From Candidatus Latescibacterota bacterium (GTDB lineage: Bacteria > Latescibacterota > UBA2968), in the NCBI GenBank assembly GCA_965204745.1, contig OZ242010.1, positions 3,008,001 through 3,072,000 of the forward strand: a DNA stretch of 64,000 nt. The letters run 5' to 3'. Both the position numbers and the translations under genes were made by a program. Below, in pieces: positions 18,599 through 29,162 of this stretch. The notes under the pieces are model-generated. The model made no database searches. It worked only from the letters and a program-made list of their open reading frames with translations, and was not told the DNA's origin. Each line of letters begins with the position of its first letter. The stretch's first letter is position 1.

Positions 18599-19804
18599 AT
18601 GGCACTCGTGAACGAACAAGAAGCGCATCGGACTTGGATTTCACTGCTGCTCACCGTGGTCATGCTCGTGGGCTTGGGGCTGGTGATGGTGTATAGCGCG
18701 AGTTCTGGGTTGGCGCAACTGCGGTTTGACAATGGGCATTTTTTTCTCAAACGCTGGGGCATTCGCATGCTCATCAGCTTGGGGGTAATGGTCGTGTTGA
18801 TCCACATCGACTATCGGGTGTGGCGCAAGTACGCACGGGTCCTGCTGGCGTTGGGGTTCGCGCTTTTGATGGTGGTGCTCGTGCTCAAGGTGTTGGGCAT
18901 TGGCAAGGTGCGCGGCGCGTATCGCTGGATCCCCTTGCCGGGCGGGCAGTTTCAACCCGCGGACATGATGCGAATGGTGCTGGTGCTCTACTTGGCGGAT
19001 TCCCTCACGCGCAAGCAAGACGTGGTCGCAACTTTCAAGGCCGGCTTTTTGCCCCACGCGATTGTCATCGGCACGGCGATGGCGATGATCATCCTGCAAC
19101 CGGATTTGGGCACGGCCCTGGCGATTGGGCTGACCTGCGCGGCAATGCTCTTTTTGGCCGGCGTGCGCTTGCGCCATCTGATTGCGACGAGTGTGGGGCT
19201 GTTGCCCTTTTTGTACGTGATCGTCTTCGTGTTGGGCTATCGCCGCGAGCGCGTGATGACGTTTCTCGCCCCGAGTGCTGACGTACACGACACGGGCTAT
19301 CACTTGGCGCAATCCCTGCTCGCACTGGGCAGCGGCGGGGTGTGGGGCACCGGGTTGGGGCAGGGCCAGCAAAAGTATTTCTTTTTGCCCGAGCCGCATA
19401 CGGATTTTGTGTATAGCATCGTGGGCGAAGAACTCGGCTTGTTGGGCACACTGCTCGTTTTGATTTTGTTCTTGATCTTTGGCCGGCTGGGCTTTCGCAT
19501 CGCCCGCAAGGCGCCCGATACGTTTGGCTTTTTGTTCGCATCGGGCATTACGATGACGATTTTGATTTACGCTTTGATCAACATGGGTGTGGCGACCGGG
19601 CTGCTGCCCGTCACGGGACTTCCCCTTCCCTTTATCAGCTACGGTGGTTCCGCCTTGATGTTCACGCTCGCTGCAACGGGCGTTTTGATCGGCATTGGTC
19701 GGGCGAGTTCCCGAAGCGGTGCCCATCGCTCGCCGCATACGTCGCAAGCCAGTCCCCGGCACGCGGTGTACAGACGGCGTCCTCTCACCATTTCCCCGCG
19801 TTGA
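18599..19804 (+). CDS. ftsW: SEDS peptidoglycan polymerase FtsW
   Basis: GLVMVYSAS, GA-RWI, FQP, QPDLGT, LPEPHTDF, GEELG, LPFISYGGS; start moved downstream of the repeat tract. Confidence 0.95.
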   Translation: MALVNEQEAHRTWISLLLTVVMLVGLGLVMVYSASSGLAQLRFDNGHFFLKRWGIRMLISLGVMVVLIHIDYRVWRKYARVLLALGFALLMVVLVLKVLGIGKVRGAYRWIPLPGGQFQPADMMRMVLVLYLADSLTRKQDVVATFKAGFLPHAIVIGTAMAMIILQPDLGTALAIGLTCAAMLFLAGVRLRHLIATSVGLLPFLYVIVFVLGYRRERVMTFLAPSADVHDTGYHLAQSLLALGSGGVWGTGLGQGQQKYFFLPEPHTDFVYSIVGEELGLLGTLLVLILFLIFGRLGFRIARKAPDTFGFLFASGITMTILIYALINMGVATGLLPVTGLPLPFISYGGSALMFTLAATGVLIGIGRASSRSGAHRSPHTSQASPRHAVYRRRPLTISPR

Positions 19805-21177
19805 ACGATTTGACTATGGTTGGATTCGACGCTGGAACCCGAGTGCATTTTGTCGGCATTGGCGGCATCGGCATGAGCGCGTTGGCCGAATTGCTCGCGC
19901 TACGCGGGTGCATCGTCTCGGGTTCCGACCGCCAGGCCTCGCCCCTGACCCGGCATTTGGCACACTTGGGCATGCCCATCCAAATTGGGCACGCGCCGCA
20001 GGCGGTACCCCAGGCGGATTGCGTCGTGTACACGTCGGCGACAGATGCCGACAATCCAGAGAGACGCGTTGCCCGAGAACGCGGCATTCCCTTGGTGCGG
20101 CGCGCGGAGTTGCTCGGGCACCTCGCGCGGGCACACCCGACGATTTGCATAGCGGGCACGCACGGCAAGACCACTACCACGGCGATGATCGCGGAAATGC
20201 TCACCGCCGCGGGATGGGATCCCACCGTGCTCGTGGGCGGGATCATGCGGGGGAGGAAATCCGCATTGCGCCTGGGCGAGGGCGGGTTCTGGGTGGTGGA
20301 AGCCGATGAGTACGACCGCTCGTTTTTGACCTTAAAACCACAACTTGCCGCGGTGACCGCGCTAGAGCCGGATCACCTCGATTGCTACCGAGATATGGAC
20401 GATATTCGCTCGACATTTGAACGCTTTGTCAATGCCCTGCCAGACGATGGCTGCGCGGTGTTGTGTGCGGACGCGCCCGAGATTCGCAGGCTCGATCTCG
20501 ACGATCGCTTTGAGACGATCACCTGCGGGCTGATGGCCGGGGATTTGCGCGCGAACGCCATCGCACAAGCCGGGTTTGGCATGGAATTTGACGCGGTGAC
20601 AAAGGATGCGCGGTTGGGGCATGTGCGCCTTCGCGTGCCGGGAGAACACAACGTGAGCAACGCGCTGATCGCGCTCGGGGTGGGCATCCATCTGGGGTTG
20701 GATTGGGCAGAGATGCGCGCGGGCCTCGAGGGGTTTCGCGGGGTGCATCGCCGGTTTGAGGTGCTCGGTCGGGCGCGGGGGATCGCCGTGGTCGATGATT
20801 ACGCGCATCATCCCACGGAAGTTGCGGCGACCCTATATGCTGCGAAGCGCGGCTGGGACGGGCGCGTCGTGGTGGCGTTTCAACCGCATCTGTTCACGCG
20901 CACGCGGGATTTTGCCGATGGCTTTGTCCGGGCGTTGCGAGAGGCTGCCCGCGTGTGGATCACCGAGATTTATCCCGCACGCGAGGACCCCATCGCAGGG
21001 GTCGATGGACAATGGCTCGCGGATCGGATTCCCGGGGCGCAGTACGCGCCCACGTTGGGCGAGTTAAAAACTGCATTATTGGACGATTTGCGCGCTGGGG
21101 ATTTGCTGTTGGTGATGGGCGCGGGCGATATCGAGACCGTGGCTGGCGACGTTTTTCAAACTCTGCGAGAGATGTAA
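19801..21177 (+). CDS. murC: UDP-N-acetylmuramate--L-alanine ligase
   Basis: HFVGIGGIGMSALA, AGTHGKTTTT, VEADEYDRSFL, DDYAHHPTE, FQPH; start may be ATG 19816. Confidence 0.96.
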   Translation: MNDLTMVGFDAGTRVHFVGIGGIGMSALAELLALRGCIVSGSDRQASPLTRHLAHLGMPIQIGHAPQAVPQADCVVYTSATDADNPERRVARERGIPLVRRAELLGHLARAHPTICIAGTHGKTTTTAMIAEMLTAAGWDPTVLVGGIMRGRKSALRLGEGGFWVVEADEYDRSFLTLKPQLAAVTALEPDHLDCYRDMDDIRSTFERFVNALPDDGCAVLCADAPEIRRLDLDDRFETITCGLMAGDLRANAIAQAGFGMEFDAVTKDARLGHVRLRVPGEHNVSNALIALGVGIHLGLDWAEMRAGLEGFRGVHRRFEVLGRARGIAVVDDYAHHPTEVAATLYAAKRGWDGRVVVAFQPHLFTRTRDFADGFVRALREAARVWITEIYPAREDPIAGVDGQWLADRIPGAQYAPTLGELKTALLDDLRAGDLLLVMGAGDIETVAGDVFQTLREM

Positions 21178-21180
21178 GCG

Positions 21181-22101
21181 ATGCGCGATAACCACTGCGA
21201 TTTGCTCGCGCGAGAGCTCGAAGCGCGATGCCGGGGCAAACTCAAGCGCGATGAGCCGTTGGGCAAACACACGACTTTTGGCGTGGGCGGCGCGGCAGAT
21301 CTGTTTTTCGCCCCGGCCGATCTCGAGGATTTGGCGCGCGCCGTGCCATTGCTGAAAGATGCGGGCGTGCCGATTTTCCCCTTGGGCGGCGGGACGAATA
21401 CGCTGGTGCGCGATAGCGGGTTTCGCGGGTTGGTGGTTTCGCTCACCGCGGGCGCACGGCAACTAAAAATGGGCGGGGATGAGGTGGTCGCCCAGGCCGG
21501 GGCGAGTACGCAAGTGGTGGCGCGGCAATGCCAGCGCGCGGGCAAGTCCGGCTTGGAATTTGGTTGCGGGATCCCAGGCAGCATCGGCGGCGCGATTTGG
21601 GGCAATGCAGGTGCGTGGGGCGGCGAGACGCTGGAGGCGTTGACGCGGTTGCGCGGCGTGGATCTCGGCACGGGCCAAGCCCTTTGTCTCGCGCAGGCCG
21701 ATATTTCGTTTGGGTATCGGTACGCGGATCTGCCCGAGGATCTGCTCATCGTCGAAGCCGGGTTTCGCGTGGCCGAAGGCGATCCCCAAGCCATCGCCGG
21801 GGACATGGATCGCATGTTGGCAGAGCGGAAGGACACACAACCCCTGGCGAACCGCAGTTGTGGGTGCATTTTTAAGAATCCGCCAGGGCACTCTGCGGGC
21901 GCGCTCATCGATCGGGCCGGGTGCAAGGGCATGGCGGTCCGCACGGTTTCGGTTTCAGAGGTGCATGCCAATTTTATGGTCAATTTGGGTGGGCATTCCG
22001 CCGACGATGTGCTCGCGTTGATCGAGCGGGTTCGCGCACGCGTTTTTGAGGTTCACGAAGTTGAACTCGAGACAGAAGTCCAAATCGTAGGAGAGCCATA
22101 A
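21181..22101 (+). CDS. murB: UDP-N-acetylenolpyruvoylglucosamine reductase
   Basis: HTTFGVGG-A, GIPGSIGGA..NAGAWG, FGYR, FKNP, HANF. Confidence 0.95.
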   Translation: MRDNHCDLLARELEARCRGKLKRDEPLGKHTTFGVGGAADLFFAPADLEDLARAVPLLKDAGVPIFPLGGGTNTLVRDSGFRGLVVSLTAGARQLKMGGDEVVAQAGASTQVVARQCQRAGKSGLEFGCGIPGSIGGAIWGNAGAWGGETLEALTRLRGVDLGTGQALCLAQADISFGYRYADLPEDLLIVEAGFRVAEGDPQAIAGDMDRMLAERKDTQPLANRSCGCIFKNPPGHSAGALIDRAGCKGMAVRTVSVSEVHANFMVNLGGHSADDVLALIERVRARVFEVHEVELETEVQIVGEP

Positions 22102-22121
22102 CCTTTTTTGAGGAGGGGTTT

Positions 22122-22922
22122 ATGTCGAGACAGAGAGCGGGTTACACGTCTTACAGGTCTGGAAAGAATGTGTTTTTGAATGCGCGGCCCGTGCAGAGGC
22201 GACCGCGCAGGTTCGCGCGCTGGGCGATGGTGATGACCGTGTTGGGCCTGCTGGTCGTGGGCATTCAAAATGCCTATTCCTCGCTGGCGGATTCCGAGTT
22301 TTTTCGCATGGCGCGGATCAAGGTGCGCGGCAATACCCTGGTGGCTGACGCGGATGTGATCGCGTGGTCGCAGTTGCAGGTGGGCACCAATTTGTTCGCC
22401 TGTGATATCGCCTCGGCAACCGAGCGCATCGCGCAACAGCCGATGGTCAAAAAGGCACTGCTGTTGCGAGAACCGCCAGAGACGCTGGTGATCGTTTTGG
22501 AAGAACGCCGTCCCGTGGGCATGGTGAACGCGCCAGAGGGGTTGATGGGCTTGGATGCGTCTGGCAAAATTTTTCCCCTGAAGCCTTCTGCACAAGTGGA
22601 TTTGCCCATTTTGACCGGCATAAGTTCGCATCGGGACGCCGACGGGCGGTGGACGCGCGCACTGGCCGGGTTTGTGGCGGAGTTGCAAATCCGCACGCCG
22701 GCGTTTTGGCGCGAGATTTCAGAAATTCGCACGGATGATCCCCGGTCCGCGACCGTGTATTTGGTGGCCGATGATTTGGCCCTCAAAATGCGTTTTGAAA
22801 ACCCGGAACAGCAGATTCGGAATTTCCGCGCCTATACCCAGGCCGCATCCCCGCCTGGGCGAGCCCTCGCGTATATCGACTTGCGGTATCGGGATCAAGT
22901 GGTCGTGGGCAAGCGCGAATGA
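22122..22922 (+). CDS. ftsQ: Cell division protein FtsQ/DivIB
   Basis: TM helix, POTRA domain, YIDLRY motif; immediately upstream of ftsA. Confidence 0.9.
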   Translation: MSRQRAGYTSYRSGKNVFLNARPVQRRPRRFARWAMVMTVLGLLVVGIQNAYSSLADSEFFRMARIKVRGNTLVADADVIAWSQLQVGTNLFACDIASATERIAQQPMVKKALLLREPPETLVIVLEERRPVGMVNAPEGLMGLDASGKIFPLKPSAQVDLPILTGISSHRDADGRWTRALAGFVAELQIRTPAFWREISEIRTDDPRSATVYLVADDLALKMRFENPEQQIRNFRAYTQAASPPGRALAYIDLRYRDQVVVGKRE

Positions 22923-24157
22923 GTGAAAGGACACGCACGATGGATCGAATCGTTGGACTCGATATTGGCACCACCAAAATTTGCGCGATAGTGGCGGAAG
23001 TGGAAGAGGATGACGCGGTCAAAATTACGGGCTTGGGCAGCAGCCCTTCCGACGGCCTCAAGCGCGGGGTGGTGGTCAATGTGGAACAAACCGTGCAGTC
23101 GATTCGCACGGCAATCGACGCGGCGCAGGAGATGTCCGGCACGCGCATCGGCGCGGTTTACGCGGGCATTTCCGGGGATCACATCCACAGCGTGAATACG
23201 CGCGCCGAGGCACCCGTGTCCGGGCAGGACAATGAGATTACGCCGGATGATACGCAGCGCGTGGTCAAAGCAGCGGAAGAGGCCGTGCCCATTCCAAAGG
23301 ATCAGGAGATCATCCATGTGTTGCCGCAGTCGTTTGAGGTGGATGGACAACCGGGGATCAAGGATCCAGTCGGCATGTCCGGCGTGCGCCTCAAAGCGGA
23401 TGTGCATATCGTTACTGCGGCCGTGACATCCGCGCAAAATATTTGCAAGAGCATTCGCCGCGCCGGGTTAGAGGTGGCGGATTTGGTGCTGGGGCCCATC
23501 GCGTCGAGTCGCGCGGTTTTGACCCCGGACGAAGAGGAGATGGGCGTGGCGCTGATCGATATCGGCGGGGGCACGACCGATTTGGCGGTGTTTTACGACA
23601 GCGCGGTTCGCCATACCGCTGTGGTGGGCTTGGGGGGCACAAATGTGACGCAGGACATGGCGATTGGTTTGCGGACGCCCTGGAAACAAGCCGAGACCCT
23701 GAAGTGCGAACGCGGTTGCGCCTTGAAATCGCTGGTGGCCCTCAACGATATGGTGGATGTGCCAGGGGTTGCCGGGCGGCCCGACCGACAGGTGTCGCGC
23801 ATGAAGATGACCTCGATTATCGAAGCGCGCCTGGAAGAGATTTTTGTCTATGTGAACCAAGAGATTCGACGCACCGAGTACGCGAATAGGCTCGGCGCGG
23901 GCATCGTGCTCACCGGCGGCGGCGCCACGCTTGAAGGCAGCGCGGAACTCGCCCAAGAGGTTTTCGACATGCCCGCGACAGTGAAGCATCCCCAAGACGT
24001 GACGGGCCGCAATGTGAAAGACCCGGTCTATTCGACGAGCGTGGGGTTGTTGTACTTTGGGCTGTACAATCCGAATCACGGTTTTATGGCGGACGAAGGC
24101 GATTTTTTGGATTCGGTCTTTGGCCGCATGAAAAACTGGATTCGCAATTTTTTTTGA
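22919..24157 (+). CDS. ftsA: Cell division protein FtsA
   Basis: GLDIGTTKI, PVGMSGVRL, LIDIGGGTTD, GIVLTGGG. Confidence 0.97.
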   Translation: MSERTRTMDRIVGLDIGTTKICAIVAEVEEDDAVKITGLGSSPSDGLKRGVVVNVEQTVQSIRTAIDAAQEMSGTRIGAVYAGISGDHIHSVNTRAEAPVSGQDNEITPDDTQRVVKAAEEAVPIPKDQEIIHVLPQSFEVDGQPGIKDPVGMSGVRLKADVHIVTAAVTSAQNICKSIRRAGLEVADLVLGPIASSRAVLTPDEEEMGVALIDIGGGTTDLAVFYDSAVRHTAVVGLGGTNVTQDMAIGLRTPWKQAETLKCERGCALKSLVALNDMVDVPGVAGRPDRQVSRMKMTSIIEARLEEIFVYVNQEIRRTEYANRLGAGIVLTGGGATLEGSAELAQEVFDMPATVKHPQDVTGRNVKDPVYSTSVGLLYFGLYNPNHGFMADEGDFLDSVFGRMKNWIRNFF

Positions 24158-24187
24158 TGTGCTAACCGCTCATGCAGGAGGTATCTC

Positions 24188-25435
24188 ATGGTAACATTTT
24201 CTATTCTGAACGCCGATAGCCACGCCAAAATTCGGGTCGTCGGAGTCGGGGGGTCGGGTGGCAATGCGATCAACCGCATGATCGAGTCGGATTTGCAAGG
24301 CGTGGAGTTCATCGCCATCAACACCGATGAACAAGACCTCGAAATGTCGCAGGCGTCTCGGTGCATCCAAATCGGGCGCAATGTGACGCGCGGGTTGGGC
24401 GCAGGCGCGAATCCGGAAATCGGCGCGCAGGCCATCGAGGAGGATCGCGACGAGGTCGCCGAGGTCCTGTCCGGGTCCGATATGGTCTTTGTCACCGCGG
24501 GCATGGGCGGGGGCACGGGTACTGGCGCTGCGCCCATCGTGGCCGATATCGCCCGCAGTGCGGACGCGCTGACCGTGGGCATCGTGAGCACGCCGTTTAA
24601 GATGGAGGGCATGCCGCGCATGCGAAATGCCCAATCGGGCATCGACGCGCTGAAGAAGGCCGCGGATACCGTGATCATCATTCCCAATCAGCGCCTGTTG
24701 GAGATCAGTTCCGAAGACACCACCTTGCGCGATGCGTTTTTGATCGCGGACGATGTGTTGTTGCAGGCCACGCGGGGGATTTCCGATTTGATCACCATCC
24801 CCGGCATGGTGAATCTCGATTTTAATGACGTGCGTACCGTGATGCAATCCGGGGGCGACGCGCTGATGGGCACGGCCGAGGCGACGGGCGAGAACCGCGC
24901 TGTGAACGCAGCCGAGAAAGCATTGAACAGCCCCTTGCTCGACAATGTGTCAGTCGCAGGCGCGCAAGGGGTGTTGGTGAATATCTCGGCGAGCAGCGAG
25001 TTGAAGTTGTTCGAGATGGATCGCGCGGTGAATCTCATTACCGATGCCGTGGGCCACGAGGCCAATATCATCTGGGGCACAGTGCTCGACGACAGCATGC
25101 GGGACGAGTTGCGCGTGACCGTGATCGCCACCGGGTTCAATAAAAATCCGTCGGATAAGGTGCATTCCAACGGCGCGAATCTATCCTATCACCCGACCGC
25201 GAAGCCGAGTTCCGAGACCGACGACGAGACCGACCCATCCGAGATCGAGACCGACGACGAGAATGTGCCCGCTTATATGCGGAAGTACGATGTGCCCGCG
25301 TTTATGCGGAAAACGGACGCCCGAGATGATGATGGCGATCTCGATTTGGACACGGACGAAAAACCAGAAAAAGACCGCGTGTCTGACGATCTGGACTACC
25401 CATCCTTCCTCCGCAGGCAGGTGCAAGGGGGGTAA
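24188..25435 (+). CDS. ftsZ: Cell division protein FtsZ
   Basis: GVGGSGGNA, GMGGGTGTG, NLDFNDV. Confidence 0.98.
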   Translation: MVTFSILNADSHAKIRVVGVGGSGGNAINRMIESDLQGVEFIAINTDEQDLEMSQASRCIQIGRNVTRGLGAGANPEIGAQAIEEDRDEVAEVLSGSDMVFVTAGMGGGTGTGAAPIVADIARSADALTVGIVSTPFKMEGMPRMRNAQSGIDALKKAADTVIIIPNQRLLEISSEDTTLRDAFLIADDVLLQATRGISDLITIPGMVNLDFNDVRTVMQSGGDALMGTAEATGENRAVNAAEKALNSPLLDNVSVAGAQGVLVNISASSELKLFEMDRAVNLITDAVGHEANIIWGTVLDDSMRDELRVTVIATGFNKNPSDKVHSNGANLSYHPTAKPSSETDDETDPSEIETDDENVPAYMRKYDVPAFMRKTDARDDDGDLDLDTDEKPEKDRVSDDLDYPSFLRRQVQGG

Positions 25436-25700
25436 GAGGGGAGAGGCAAGAGGGGAGAGGCAAGAGGGGAAGAGGGGAGAAGGGAGACGTATTCAAAATC
25501 TTGGTGGAACTGATCGCTGACCCCTTGGGACGCAAGGCCAGGGTCACGCACACGGCGGGGTGAGGCCGCACGGCCGGATGGGGAGGCGAAGGACACAGCG
25601 CAGGGGAAGGGCGAAGCGGCGGTAGGGCGGTGGGGGGCTCTTGCCTCTTACTTGGGGATAGGGCTTGCGGTTGGGCGGATGGGCACGCACGGGCCGCTCG
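25435..25700. repeat. Purine heptamer tract (RAGAGGS)n plus degenerate G-rich REP-like motifs
   Basis: GAGAGGC/AAGAGGG units; GGGCACGCACGGG motif shared with 34690-34800 (reverse) and 62891. Confidence 0.7.
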
Positions 25701-25714
25701 GCAACGAGGTGTTA

Positions 25715-26929
25715 TCACAATGCGACTTTGGCCTGTTGTTGTTCTTTGGGTGAGTTCAAAACCGGATAGGCTTCCACGGGTGCAAATCCGGGCGCGTCAA
25801 TGGGTGGGATTTTGGCTTGCGCCCTTTCAATGGCCGGGCCGAGGCGTTCGGCTTTTTTGGCAATGTGGATTTCGTGTCGCGCTTTGAAATCCGGCAACAC
25901 GGCTTGGGCGAAGCATTCGAGGGATTCGCAGATGTGATCGTGTTTGTTGTTCCCGGCTTGCTGGAGAAAGACGACTTGATCGACGCCGATTTTTTCCATG
26001 CGCTCGAGGTGGGCGCGAATCTCGTCTGGCGTGCCGATGCAGCGCGCGCTTTCTTTGGGTTCGGATTTGTTTTGCTGGAAATCCGCCCACAAGTCAAACG
26101 CGCCCGGCACATGGGTGCCGTGCTTGTAATAATGGGACAGGGCATAGCTGAAAAATTGAAAGCCTTCCAGACCGCGTGCGCGTGCGATGGCCCCATTTTC
26201 GTGGCACATAAACCCGGCGACCATTGCAATGGTGGGGTTGACCGCTTGACCGAGGGGTTCGCATGCGGTCTCAAATGCGGTGTAGTATTCCTCGACCCAG
26301 TACTTGGCTTCCTCGGGTTCGATAAAGGCAAAGGTGAGCGCGCCCATGCCATGTTTGCCGGCCCAGCGAATGCTCTCTCGGGTGGAACAGGCGACCCACA
26401 GGGGCGGGTGGGGCTTTTGCAGGGGTTTGGGTACGATGTTGCGTTCGGGCATGTCAAAAAACGCGCCCCGATACCCCGGGTACGGTTCTGACACGAACAT
26501 CTTGGCGGTCTCGCGCACGGTCTCTGCCCACATGGCTTTTTTTTGCGCGACCGGCACGTTGAATCCTTCGAGTTCGGCGCGCGAGGCCGATTCGCCCGTG
26601 CCCCATTCCACGCGCCCGTCGCTGATCAAATCCAGGGTTGCAATGCGTTCGGCCACGCGCGCGGGGTGGTTGTAATTCGGAGGCATGAGCACGATGCCGT
26701 GTCCCAAGCGGATATTTTTCGAGCGTTGGCTACACGCGGCGAGAAACACCTCTGGCGCCGAGGAATGGGAATATTCTTCCAAGAAGTGGTGTTCCACTTC
26801 CCAAACGTATTCGATGCCAACGCTATCGGCGAGTTCGACTTGCTCGAGCGCGTCCTTAAAAAGCTGGTGTTCGTCTCCCTCTGTCCAGGGGCGGGGGATT
26901 TGGTGTTCGTAAAAAATGCCAAATTGCAT
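25715..26929 (-). CDS. LLM-class flavin-dependent oxidoreductase
   Basis: MQFGIFYE, WEVEHHFLEEYSHSSAPEVFL, HPARVAERIATLDLIS-GR, PKPLQKPHPPLW. Confidence 0.92.
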   Translation of the reverse strand: MQFGIFYEHQIPRPWTEGDEHQLFKDALEQVELADSVGIEYVWEVEHHFLEEYSHSSAPEVFLAACSQRSKNIRLGHGIVLMPPNYNHPARVAERIATLDLISDGRVEWGTGESASRAELEGFNVPVAQKKAMWAETVRETAKMFVSEPYPGYRGAFFDMPERNIVPKPLQKPHPPLWVACSTRESIRWAGKHGMGALTFAFIEPEEAKYWVEEYYTAFETACEPLGQAVNPTIAMVAGFMCHENGAIARARGLEGFQFFSYALSHYYKHGTHVPGAFDLWADFQQNKSEPKESARCIGTPDEIRAHLERMEKIGVDQVVFLQQAGNNKHDHICESLECFAQAVLPDFKARHEIHIAKKAERLGPAIERAQAKIPPIDAPGFAPVEAYPVLNSPKEQQQAKVAL

Positions 26930-26994
26930 GCCGATCTCCAGTGTTCGACAAGGCGGGCCTCGTTGGTCGTCTTGATGATACACAACAATTCGCC

Positions 26995-28242
26995 ATGATG
27001 CCAAAAATAATTAAATCCGAGTTGCTGATCGTTCACCCTGACGCCGCGCCCATTCCGCAGGGGATGATCCTCGTCAACGCGGGGCGCGTCTTGGATGTCG
27101 GGACGGACCTCGCCTTGCCCGCGGGCGCAGAGGTGGTGGATTGTTCGGCCTATACGGTGATGCCCGCGCTGATCGATTCCCATGTGCATATCACGATCAA
27201 CAATCGGTTCGAGCTGCCCTTGAGCGCGCATTTTGATCTGGACGCGACAACGGCGGTGTTGCGCGGGGCGATGAATCTGCGGAGCGATCTGGCATCGGGC
27301 GTGACGACCATGCGGGTTTTGGGGGATCGCCCGGGCATTGAAAAGGCGTTTCAAGGGGCGATAGACCGGGGCGAAGCCGTGGGGCCGAGGTTGCAGGTGT
27401 GCGTGCGGGCATTGCGACCGAGCCACGGAACCGCGCCTTTTCTGTGTTTTCCCGCGGATGGTGAAGCGGAATTGGCGTTGAAAATCCGGGAAAATTTTGC
27501 CCAGGGCGCGGACTGGACCAAGTTGTTCATCACCAACGTGCGACAAGGCGATGCGTACGAAGATTATATCCGGGGCGATTTGACGGATGTGCCCGCGTAC
27601 TCGAGACGGGAAATTGAAACGGCCATTGCCGCATCGCACGACTTGGGCATCCCCGTGGCCGCGCATGCGATAGGCGGGCCGGCCATGCGCTGGGCACTAG
27701 AAGCCGGGATCGACAGCATTGAGCACGCCAATTTGTCGACCGAGGAGGATGTCGCGCTGTTCGCAAAATCGGGCGCGTATTTGAGCGATCCAAATTTGCA
27801 ACTGTTTTTTGACGATGAGGTCGGGTTTGCGACCTTTCCAACCTGGGCGTGGGATTGGTGGCGCGACCGGGTCAAACGCGCCCGCGACTCGACCGCAGAG
27901 CATTTGCCCGAAGCGATTCGCGCAGGCGTCAAGGTGTGTTTGGGCACCGATAGCACGCACGCAACGCTCTGGCGCGAGGCAAAGGCACTCGTCGGCTTGG
28001 GCGTATCGGAAACAGACGCGCTCAAGGCGGTAACGACAAATACCGCCGAGATGCTGGGCATGGCGGATCGCGTGGGGCATCTGCGCGCCGGGATGTTCGC
28101 AGACGCGATAGCCCTTTCGGGCAATCCGCTCGAGGATATCGCGTGCTTGCGCGATGTGAAACTGGTGATGAAAGCGGGCGAGGTTGTAACAGATGTTTTG
28201 TGCGGTGCAAGCGGTGTTTTCAGCGATGAACGGGAGAGGTGA
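26995..28242 (+). CDS. Amidohydrolase-family protein
   Basis: MPALIDSHVH, GVTT-R, AAHA, SIEH, GTD, G.L..G..AD...L-GNPL-DI. Confidence 0.9.
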   Translation: MMPKIIKSELLIVHPDAAPIPQGMILVNAGRVLDVGTDLALPAGAEVVDCSAYTVMPALIDSHVHITINNRFELPLSAHFDLDATTAVLRGAMNLRSDLASGVTTMRVLGDRPGIEKAFQGAIDRGEAVGPRLQVCVRALRPSHGTAPFLCFPADGEAELALKIRENFAQGADWTKLFITNVRQGDAYEDYIRGDLTDVPAYSRREIETAIAASHDLGIPVAAHAIGGPAMRWALEAGIDSIEHANLSTEEDVALFAKSGAYLSDPNLQLFFDDEVGFATFPTWAWDWWRDRVKRARDSTAEHLPEAIRAGVKVCLGTDSTHATLWREAKALVGLGVSETDALKAVTTNTAEMLGMADRVGHLRAGMFADAIALSGNPLEDIACLRDVKLVMKAGEVVTDVLCGASGVFSDERER

Positions 28243-28427
28243 AACGTAAGATGGGAGACGGAAGGGGGTTAGGGGGGTAGGTCCTAACAAAAAGACAAGT
28301 ACGCAATGGATCCAACGCTTAATTCGCATTGCTAATACCAATTTGATTTTTTATTATCCTAATTTTTCAAATAGTGGTCTTCTCATTTCTCGCGTCTTAC
28401 TTCTCGCTACTTTTTCGGAGAACCGAA

Positions 28428-28859
28428 ATGCTCGTTGGTATATCCCCGCTGTTCAGCCCCGAATTGCTCGCCGCGATCTATCGCATGGGACACGGCGATG
28501 AGATTGTGTTGGCCGATGCCCATTTTCCCGGGCACTCGGTCAATGCCCATGTTCTGCGGGCCGATGGGTTGGGCATTGCCGATTTGCTCGAAGCCATTTT
28601 GCCCCTGTTCGTGCTGGACACGTATGTGGATAGCCCGGTGTTCATGATGGATGCCGTGCCCGGCGATGCGCTCGATCCCGAGGTTGAAGCCTCTTACCGC
28701 GCTGTGATTGACAGGATTTGGCCCGACACGCCCCCAGTTGCGCGTGTTGAACGCTTTGCGTTTTACGAACAGGCGAGCCATGCCTTTGCCGTGGTGATGA
28801 CCGGAGAAACCGCCAAATACGGCAATATCATTCTCAAAAAAGGCGTGACGCCGGTTTAG
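28428..28859 (+). CDS. fucU: L-fucose mutarotase / RbsD-FucU family
   Basis: SPELL....[38 protein letters not shown]. Confidence 0.92.
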   Translation: MLVGISPLFSPELLAAIYRMGHGDEIVLADAHFPGHSVNAHVLRADGLGIADLLEAILPLFVLDTYVDSPVFMMDAVPGDALDPEVEASYRAVIDRIWPDTPPVARVERFAFYEQASHAFAVVMTGETAKYGNIILKKGVTPV

Positions 28860-28865
28860 AGGTCT

Positions 28866-29159
28866 CTAACTCGTTTTCTCCAAAGCCCGCAAAACTGCCT
28901 GGGGTTCGTGGGCTGCCACCTGCAATAACACCCGTGCGGGTCCTTGAGGAGTCTGATTTCCGCGTTCCCAGCGACGCAGTGTCCTGAGGCTAATACCAAA
29001 TGCAGCCGCAAAGGCCGTTTGCGTCATACCGACCCGTTTCCGGATGGCTTTTACATCAGTGGTCTGAGGGGGATGCTCAACCGCCTGACTTGTCTGGCCT
29101 GCCGCGTGTTCAATCGCTTCTGTTAATCCTTGTTTAATACTTGCAAAAACCTTACCCAT
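28866..29159 (-). CDS. HTH antitoxin (HigA-like)
   Basis: F-SI.QGL.EA...DVKAIR...GMTQ..FA..FGIS..TL..WE.G...P.GPA..LL. Confidence 0.88.
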   Translation of the reverse strand: MGKVFASIKQGLTEAIEHAAGQTSQAVEHPPQTTDVKAIRKRVGMTQTAFAAAFGISLRTLRRWERGNQTPQGPARVLLQVAAHEPQAVLRALEKTS

Positions 29160-29162
29160 GAG

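Noticed and set aside
25517-25560. GGGACGCAAGGCC resembling a c-di-GMP-I riboswitch core
   Set aside because: The upstream GGCAAAC/GNRA arm is missing, and the site lies between convergent 3' ends.
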